This document shows positions 55,111 through 64,000 of a stretch of 64,000 bases of DNA, in pieces. The stretch comes from Macrostomum lignano. Taxonomy: Eukaryota. The first letter of the stretch is position 1; each line of letters begins with the position of its first letter. The stretch is from contig NIVC01000948.1 of NCBI GenBank assembly GCA_002269645.1, forward strand, positions 1-64,000, in the 5' to 3' direction. A program made the translations under genes and the position numbers. The notes under the pieces were generated by a model. It was given only the letters and a program-made list of their open reading frames with translations, did no database searches and was not told where the DNA came from.

Positions 55111-58100
55111 TCAAGCCCCTAGCAGCCTCTTAGCCGCATAGCCAGGTGCTGAGTACATGAAGAGCACGAGGAAGGCCGCCAGCAGGATGATGATAACAGC
55201 CCACAGCAGGTACCATTTGTACGGATCCCAGATTAGAAATTTCAGCGCTTTCAACGGGCTCAACAGGAAGTTGAATGACGTCTCCGGGCGGCTGTGTGGT
55301 GCATGTTGGAGTTGTGAGCATCACTGCCTGTTGTTGGCTCCAGGTTTTAAATGAATAAAATAAATATTTGCACGAGGGCTGCGGGCACCCTGCGCAATGC
55401 CTTCCGCGATATCGTCGCGTAACCTGCGCTGAGTGAATTCTAACTATTCCGCTCATACACTCGCTCACACAGGGTGTACCGCGGCCCTGACTTTCTAGTC
55501 GTCAGGCATGTACACTGTCTGTGCCTTGGGGGTTGGCCCTCATGGATGTGAATCCGACGACAACCTCCTTGACCAAATATACGTACTTTGCATACACTCT
55601 CAAAATGTCTTCACGACGAGGCTTAGATTGAACAGGAAATCGACTAAGGTATCTCGTATACTCGGCAACGTTTGAAAACTGCTACCCCGGACCCAGTGCA
55701 CCTGAGCGAGAGTTGGAAAACCCTGCGTCATTTGCAGCGCAATGAGCTGAAGTCAATCGCTCTGCTAATGCTCTGGGGCAGGGCTACCTCAAGGACATGG
55801 CAACTGCAGACCTGAGGAAGGAAGAGGAGAGACGAGAGAGGAGAGGAGAGACTGAGGAGGAGAAATAAGAGAGAAGAGGAGAAGAGAAAAAGAAGAGAAG
55901 AAAGAGGAGATTAGAGAGAAAAGACAAACCTTTAGCTATTGCTATTTTTTAAGTTTCAAAGGACCCGAGGGCCGGATAGAGGTTTAGCGCACCGCATTGC
56001 AGACCCCTGCTCTACGGTGATGATGGTTTTCAACTTCACTGAACAGATTAAGTGTTATCCATTCTGACTAGATAAACCGGAGAACCCTAACCCCTCTCTC
56101 TGTCGGAGAAGAAGAGACAGAGACATTTATCAATGTACATGTACAATAATGTACAGTGCCACCTAACCCATTATATAAGCCTCAGTGTAAAGTCAACGAA
56201 GGAATCAATTATCCACACGCAGGCGGTTTAACCCAAGCAGCGAGACGGATAAGATAAGCGAGAAGACAACAGCCAGATGTACACTGGGCCCTCCACTTTT
56301 AACTGGCCCGCTTACTTTGGCTCCGGCAAGGGTTGCGGCTCGCTGCGGCCCAGCCCAGCGGGATTGGCCTCCGCTTCGGCAGCCGTCAGTAGCTGCAGCT
56401 CCGCGTCAACTTTGCCCTGCGGGGTTTGAGGATGGAGGATTCAATTCAAACACTTTGTACTTTAGTTCGCTAATGTTTTTTTTTGGGGGGGGGAACACTT
56501 TACAGTGGAGCTGAAGCCATTTAAGTCCACTGAGTGTCAGTACATGTACACGCCAAGAAACATTGGTCATGCAATTTGCAAGAGAGTCACATCACTGACC
56601 CCTTCCGTGGGAGCTTTACGAGTCTCTTCTGACGTATTATACACTCAGCAACAGCTAACCCACTCCCCCCTGGCGCGGCGCGGCTCAGCAGAAGGCTGCA
56701 GCAGTGAAGTGCATCGTATCACTCAAAAGTGCACATGCAGACAGTCTCTCCACTAGAAGTCAGTGGCGCGTGTACTGCCAGCCGCAGTTACTACTACCCA
56801 CTCCCCTGAGCACGGACACAAACGCACGGATACGTACGCAGTCATACCGGTAGGCGAGGCACTTACGCCAAGCTCTGGTTCCCCCGGCTCATCCTCGGAC
56901 TCGCCGATGAAAGGCCACCAGCCACGGCAGCGCCGATTTCTAAAAATAGAAATAGCGCGCACGCCGCTGTCGCGCTCAAGCTGAAAAGCGCCGCACGCTT
57001 TAGCTGATTTAGCGCCGCGCGGCAGACGCGACAAGCGGAGGTCGAGACCGCCAAGGAAGTCGTCCGCTGAAACGATATCGGCATCCCAGACCTGCAGGTG
57101 CAACTGACAAGGCGCCTTGCGCTCCTCTTCATCGATGGCAAACGGACTGTCCTTCACTTTGTAGACGATTTTGTCTTCGGCTTTCAGGTACTCGAACTGA
57201 AAGATGAAGCGCCAGTTGAAATTGCCTTCGCCAGTTAGGGACCTGTCGGTGCGGGTAGATTGCGGTGCGGTGGTGGCGGTGTGTTTACTGGCGCTGAGGT
57301 GATAGCGGTGTGTTTACTGGCGCTGAGGTGATAGCGGTGTGTTTACTGGCGCTGAGGTGATAGCGGTGTGTTTACTGGCGCTGAGGTGATAGCGGTGTGT
57401 TTACTGGCGCTGAGGTGATAGCGGTGTGTTTACTGGCGCTGAGGTGATAGCGGTGTGTTTACTGGCGCTGAGGTGATAGCGGTGTGTTTACTGGCGCTGA
57501 GGTGATAGCGGTGTGTCTACTGGCGCTGAGGTGATAGCGGTGTGTTTACTGGCGCTGAGGTGATAGCGGTGTGTTTACTGGCGCTGAGGTGATAGCGGTG
57601 TGTTTACTGGCGCTGAGGTGATGACGGTGTGTTTTCTGGTGTAATATTACGGAGCTGATAAGCGATGAAGTCTTGTCCTCAGGACGCTTCAAATTATACG
57701 AGTATTAAATAAAAATCCCGATAATAATCAATGAAGATTTCCCAACTGGCACACCTGTAGTGCACATCAGTAACCTGCTCGTCAATTCCAAGGCCTTTCA
57801 TCCAGCCTTTGACAAAGATATCTGAGCAGGACGCCCCTGACAGGTCGGTCTCGTCCAGCTTCACCTCGGCCGTGTCCCAGATGATGACCCGCAGTTCGTA
57901 GGCTACGGGCTGCCTGGGCGAGATGTCCACCTGAGGTGGAGGCGACCCCAGCTCGGTAGGGAACAGGTCCACCCACATCTCCACTCGGCCCTGCTCAATG
58001 CCGGGCTTCTCTGGTGAGAACAACGGCCTGGACTCAACGTGCTCCGGCACGAGGGCGACTCCTGTCACTTGGTCCCAGTTGTTGAGAACTTTCAAAGCCA

Positions 58101-61100
58101 GCGGCTCGTTTGATTGAGTCTTGTTGCCTGAGAAGTGCCGAGGGAGAGCAGAGGGGCGAGCAGTTTTTTTAAAGACAGCCTTCTTGATTTCCTTGACTTG
58201 TGAAAAAATTAAGTGCGCGCTTGTAATCAAGACTAGCAAGACTAGGCGGAAGGGGAAGGGCGGATCAAACGGATTAGTGAGGGCGGATCAAATGGATCAG
58301 CGTGGGTGGCTCAAACGGATTAGTGCAGGGCGGATCAAATGGATCAGTGTGGGTGGCTCAAACGGATTAGTGAGGGGCGGATAGAGCGGATTAGTGTGGG
58401 TGGATCAAACGGATTAGTGAGGGGCGGATCAAATGGATCAGTGTGGGTGGCTCAAACGGATTAGTGAGGGGCGGATAGAGCGGATTAGTGTGGGTGGATC
58501 AAACGGATTAGTGAGGGGCGGATCAAATGGATCAGTGTGGGTGGCTCAAACGGATTAGTGAGGGGCGGATAGAGCGGATTAGTGTGGGTGGATCAAACGG
58601 ATTAGTGCAGGGCGGATAGAGCGGATTAGTGTGGGTAGATCAAACGGATTAGTGAGGGGCAGATAGAGCGGATTAGTGTGGGTGGATCAAACGGATTAGT
58701 GAGGGACGGATCGAATGGATTAGTGAGGGGCGGATCGAATGGATTAGTGTGGGGCGGATCAAACGGATTAGTGAGGGACGGATCAAATGGATTAGTGAGG
58801 GGCGGATCGAATGGATTAGTGTGGGGCGGATCAAATGGATTAGTGAGGGACGGATCGAATGGATTAGTGTGAGGCGGATCAAATGGATTAGTGAGGGGCG
58901 GATAGAGTGGATTAGTGTGGGGCGGATCAAATGGATTAGTGTGGGACGGATCAAATGGATTAGTGAGGGACGGATCGAATGGATTAGTGTGGGGCTTATC
59001 AAATGGATTAGTGTGGGGCGGATCAAATGGATTAGTGTGAGGCGGATCAAATGGATTAGTGTGGGTGGATCAAATGGATTAGTGTGGGTGGATCAAATGG
59101 ATTAGTGTGGGGCTTATCAAATGGATTAGTGTGGGTGGATCAAATGGATTAGTGTGGGGCTTATCAAATGGATTAGTGTGGGTGGATCAAACGGATTAGT
59201 GTGGGGCGGAAGCAATGGCGGGACCAGATCTCACCAGCCTCATCCTCAACCTCAGAGTGCTCATAGAAGGTGCGCCCATCCACAGTGACCCGACTGTAGG
59301 CGGGTTCGTACTTGGGCGGGTCCAGCTCGTTTTCGCGGCAGAGTCGAGCCAGTATTGTTGACGGCAGCTGCTGGTCCCGCCATCGGTTGTAGCCGAACCT
59401 GACGGGGATTAGCTTCGGAGTTTTGTCAGGAAGCATTATTTGAAATACACCTGACCGCTGTAAGGTGGCCAGGTGTGACGGCCAAATGACTCTTGGATTC
59501 CTCATGGAATCCTCATAGAATTCTCATACAATTGTCACGTAATCCTCATGGAATCCTCATGGAATCCCCATGGAATCCTCATGGAGTTCTCATGGAATCC
59601 TCATTTAATGCTTACGTAATCCTCACGGAATTCTCATGGAATCCTCATGGAATTTTCACGGAATTCTCATTCAATCCTCACGGAATTCTCACGTAATCCT
59701 CATGGAATCCTCACGGAATTCTCATTCAATCCTCATGGAATTCTTATTCAATCCTCACGGAATTCTTATACAATCGTCACTGGATTCTTATACAATCCTT
59801 ACAGAATCCTCATGGAGTTCTCATAAAATCCTCATGGAAGTGGAGAGTGAAGTTTTGGTCCCTAGAAAGTACAGATTAGCTCACGTTGAATACTCGATCG
59901 GCAGACCGCAGGTGGCTCTGTGCCGGCTGTACAGGCGGTTCTCCAGGTCGATCCTGGTCTCCCCGATGAGGTCATCGCCGGAGAGCAGATCCCAGTCCAT
60001 CACGAGCAGCTGGAGCCCGGAGTCTTGCGGGAATTTTGCTTCAAGCTCGAAGCACTTGCCGAACACGGGGTTGAGCTGCTTGGGGATGTAGTTCTCCTTC
60101 TCGTTGATTGTGGTGTTGCCGAGGCGCAGGATGAGGTAGGGATCGGACTTGCCGTTGGGGTCAGCTGGGTGCAAATCCACGCAGCGGACAATGTACACTC
60201 GGACCAGCACAGAGACCGGGTTGTTCGACGGCAGGTCTTTGTGCAGGGTGAACAGACTGGGTAGCGTGGGCTCGGGCGCCTCGAACTCTGCCTGGCTAAT
60301 CTGGTAGACGCACAGATTGCCTTTGAAGATGCCGACAGCCCGGCTTTCTGGCGGCGCGTCGTCGTCCTCTTGCTTGCCGCGGTACAGCGGGAAAGTCTGC
60401 GGCGTAAAAGGGGCGGCATATCAAAAGATCAAACAGAGCGGCATATCAAAAGATCAAACAGAGCGGCATATCAAAAGATCCAAAAGGGGCGGCATATCAA
60501 AAGATCAAACAGAGCGGCATATCAAAAGATCAAACAGAGCGGCATATCAAAAGATCCAAAAGGGGCGGCATATCAAAAGATCAAACAGAGCGGCATATCA
60601 AAAGATCAAACAGAGCGGCATATCAAAAGATCCAAAAGGGGCGGCATATCAAAAGATCCAAAAGGGGCGGCATATCAAAAGATCAAACAGAGCGGCATAT
60701 CAAAAGATCAAATGGGGCGGTATATCAAAAGATCAAAAGGGGCGGCATATTTAAAAGCTCAAACCGGGCGGCATATCAAAAGATCAAACCAGGCGGCATA
60801 TCAAAAGATCAAACGGGGCGGCATTTCGAAAGATCAAAGGCAAAAGTGCACACACAAATGGCAACCGGAGACAATAGACAAAAAGGCTCACATGGAAAGC
60901 ATGCGAAAATCCGCCGAAGTCCCGCACAGCTTCCAGAGGCTGGTGGTAGAGCTTCATCTGACTAACCCAGCCGTTGTCCTCGCCGTGCGGCCGGCCGCCC
61001 TGCTGCTCGTCGTCGTCCTCGTGCTTCTCGGCCAAGTAGGCGGCTCGGGCGTCTTTACGTTCGCCGAATGGCAGGCGGAACCGGCGCTCTTTGCGCTTCT

Positions 61101-62349
61101 TTTTCTTCAGCAGTTTCTGCCTCTTCTTGCGGAGCTTTTTTGCTTTTCTAGGCGCATGAAATGTTGGAGTTGAGGAGTCAGGAATGGTCGCTTTTGAAAT
61201 CGTGAGGCAATACCCATCAACAAAGAATTCTTAGGGAATCTTTTAAAAACTTTAAAGAATTCTCGGGAAATCCACAGGGAATCCCCAAGGAATTCTTAGG
61301 GAATTCACAGGGAATCCCCAGGGAATTCTCGGGGAATCCACAGGGAATCCCCAGGGAATCCCCAGAGAATTCTCAATGAGAGTCCCAATGAATTTTCTGT
61401 GAATCCACTGGGAATCCCTAGGGAATCCTTATGGAATTATCAAAAAATTCAAATGGAATTCTTAGATTATTCCGGCTATCCACAAAAAATCCTCAAGGAG
61501 TTCTCAGAAAATTTGCAAGAAACACTTGAAGAATTCTCAGGGAATTTGAAGGGAACAATACAGTAGAAATCACACAAATTGGTCTTACTTCTCTGCCTTC
61601 TTTTGCTTCTTCTTGTCCACCTTAACCTCCTCTACAGGAATGTCGACAATATTGTCTTCTACCGCTGGATCACCTTGAAAACAAGGAATGAGAAGTGTTA
61701 CAATCTGAGCTGATTTAGAGGATCTCCGTGAAATCATAGCATCAATGAGAACGCCAACCTTCGCTCCTGATTTCAACGTCAATATCCCTCAGGATGTCCT
61801 CATCTGTGTCCGAGTCGGACTCAGGGTCGGTCTATACAAATCAAAGAAGATAATTTTTGTTAAAAAACCCGTTTTTGGTGTCTGTTGCAGATGCTAGTTA
61901 AACTACTGAATAAGTAGGATGCTAAGAATTAAACTCGTAATTAATAAACGCAATAATAAAGCTATAAACAGTTAATTAATCGATTGTACAAAACATTTAA
62001 AATGTATAATGAAACAATTAAAAAGTCACATAATCAGTAAGCTATTTTGCTAAGCTAACTAGTGGGTACCTGATCGACAATCTGAAATGGGGAGAATTAT
62101 CGATGATAAAAATGGATACTTTCGTGATGAATTCTTCATGAAAAACCTGCATTTTCAAATTTCTATTTGTTTTGTCTAAATTACTTCGTCATCCAGGTTG
62201 TCAATAGCCGCGTAGAAGCGGCCCCACCAGTCCATTTCGAGCAGGTCTTCCCGACTCGGTGGCAACTTTTTCTGTGGCAGCTTCAGATCCATCGCCTGGT
62301 GATAATGGGATATTTGGTGAGGGGATTTCTGCTTTGAGTAGCGTTGTAA
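55111..62349 (-). CDS. otof: Otoferlin-like ferlin, 3' part; exons 62349-62185, 61831-61759, 61673-61589, 61147-60892, 60396-59885, 59398-59235, 58127-57755, 57242-56867, 56416-56316, 55291-55111
   Basis: Phase-consistent GT-AG chain; [10 protein letters not shown]2E ([24 protein letters not shown]), [25 protein letters not shown]2F ([22 protein letters not shown]), tail anchor ending [14 protein letters not shown] like otoferlin; orthology within ferlins not tested. Confidence 0.93.
55345..55720 (-). mobile_element. Retroposon-like fragment in the last ferlin intron, partly homologous to the SINE at 28834
   Basis: 55457-55541 (reverse complement) aligns by eye with 28969-29056; ends in an AT-rich TATTT tail; boundaries uncertain, no TSD found. 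Confidence 0.5.
55779..56009. mobile_element. Possible degenerate hAT/Charlie-type MITE
   Basis: Right end TTGCAGACCCCTG resembles a Charlie TIR; flanks CTCTGGGG and CTCTACGG match 6/8; left TIR poor. Confidence 0.25.
57278..57625. repeat. 29-bp intronic array (GGTGTGTTTACTGGCGCTGAGGTGATAGC)n, about 12 copies
   Basis: 29-bp spacing checked (57301, 57330). Confidence 0.96.
58255..59205. repeat. 23-24 bp intronic array (GGATCAAATGGATTAGTGTGGGGC)n with 4-unit higher-order blocks
   Basis: Direct reading. Confidence 0.95.
59495..59838. repeat. Degenerate 11-bp intronic array (GGAATCCTCAT)n
   Basis: Direct reading. Confidence 0.88.
60410..60835. repeat. 24-25 bp intronic array (GCGGCATATCAAAAGATCAAACAGA)n
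   Basis: Direct reading; ends about 12 nt from acceptor 60397. Confidence 0.95.
61240..61420. repeat. Degenerate about 12-bp intronic array (GGGAATCCCCA)
   Basis: Direct reading. Confidence 0.75.
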
Positions 62350-62372
62350 CTAAGGTTGTTTAGTTGTTAAAC

Positions 62373-62660
62373 TGAGGTGAGGTGAGGTGAGGTGAGGTGA
62401 GGTGAGGTGAGGTGAGGTGAGGTGAGGTGAGGTGAGGTGAGGTGAGGTGAGGTGAGGTGAGGTGAGGTGAGGTGAGGTGAGGTGAGGTGAGGTGAGGTGA
62501 GGTGAGGTGGGGTGAGGTGAGGTGAGGTGAGGTGGGGTGAGGTGAGGTGAGGTGAGGTGAGGTGAGGTGACGTGAGGTGAGGTGAGGTGAGGTGAGGTGA
62601 CGTGAGGTGAGGTGAGGTGAGGTGAGGTGAGGTGGGTGAGGTGGGGTGAGGTGAGGTGAG
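62373..62660. repeat. (GTGAG)n / minus-strand (CTCAC)n pentamer array
   Basis: Direct reading. Confidence 0.97.
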
Positions 62661-62689
62661 TTGAGATGAAATCAGGCACACTGCCATAC

Positions 62690-63358
62690 GCACAGTTCCT
62701 GGAATCGTCCCTTGACCGTTTTCGGCGGCGAGGTCCAGGGTTCGAGCCTCACTCGACTGCCCAACCTCGGATCCGGCTGCCTCAGCCGTGATGGCAGGCA
62801 GAGCAGCTTGAGCGGCCTGACTGGTGCCCGGTGGGTCTGCAGTTCCGGCCGGATGTCCCGCCAGAACTTCCGGTTCAGTCTCGGGCTCGGCTGCAAGTTC
62901 AGTTATGGTTGCTATGCTAAAATGAATCTTCGTTGATCTCCCTGCAGCCAAAATAAAATAAATGAATCCCTAATTTAAGCGTAAATCAGGTCGCGGGAAT
63001 AAAGCTGTCATAAAAGACGTCTTAGATAAAAAGACGAGTGCGCCCAGATCACGTGACACACTGGAATGTACATTTTGATATGCAATAAAAATCGATAATT
63101 TCTTCCACCAATCAGAGGGTTTTGAAGGTTCGCGCAACGCAGACAACTCAGACAACTCTGAATTCTTCAAAAAGCAGCGCCATTCAACCTAGTTATTGTG
63201 GGGATACTAACGAATGAACGAAGGATTGTCCACTCCTGCGGCGGAGGAGACGGCAGTTGGAGTCTTCGCTGTTTTGGCAGCCGTCAGCTGGTCTTTCCAG
63301 TGCTTCCTGTTGCCAATGTTGTTGGAAGCGGCAACAGACGACACAGTGCCGGACTTGT
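62690..63358 (-). CDS. Tentative upstream ferlin exons 63358-63212, 63157-63072, 62890-62690
   Basis: GT-AG boundaries give an in-frame chain (phases 1,1,0,0) into exon 62349, but no conserved motif supports them and one intron is only 54 nt. Confidence 0.5.
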
Positions 63359-63465
63359 CTTGAAGAGGATTTGAGAAAAATAAAATGTAATTAGATTTCT
63401 TAGAAATGACTAGATATGTCACGCGGAAATAAACTTTGAAAAAAACGGAGTGCCTACTCTCTGTC

Positions 63466-64000
<535 letters not shown>

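Noticed and set aside
55486-55506. Hammerhead-like CTGACGA..GAAA on the minus strand
   Set aside because: No room for stem II, no stem III or cleavage-site pairing, and the homologous copy at 29006 lacks the core

Overview
Eukaryotic (metazoan) genomic DNA, not prokaryotic: GT-AG spliced genes whose longer introns are filled with tandem repeats. The gene set and repeat style fit a lophotrochozoan, possibly a Macrostomum-like flatworm (inference, not verified). Plus strand: (1) a six-exon, highly divergent Cys-loop ligand-gated channel subunit (1840-4607); (2) an intronless 206-aa hydrophobic orphan ORF behind a CCAAT-repeat/TATA cassette (14258-14878); (3) an intronless temptin + DBH/MOXD-type copper monooxygenase fusion with a C-terminal TM helix, in which five of six canonical copper ligands are substituted (20822-22723); (4) a five-exon Ig-like single-pass receptor with Tyr motifs and polyQ tail (23432-32861); (5) a three-exon non-alpha nAChR-type subunit with the Pro-Ala anion-selectivity motif (37232-43929). 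Minus strand: (6) the 3' part of an otoferlin-like ferlin (55111 to at least 62349), followed head-to-tail by three long low-complexity ORFs (676, 807, 499 aa) in an operon-like spacing. Mobile DNA: a 5'-truncated LOA/Lian-like LINE (RT + RNase H, 15-bp TSD), a tRNA-headed SINE with 14-bp TSD, a CORE-SINE, and a second retroposon-like fragment that shares a covarying hairpin with the first SINE. About 30 micro/minisatellite arrays account for most of the long spurious ORFs. No CRISPR, rRNA or true tRNA genes were found. All exon structures were assembled by hand from splice signals and phase, without alignment tools.
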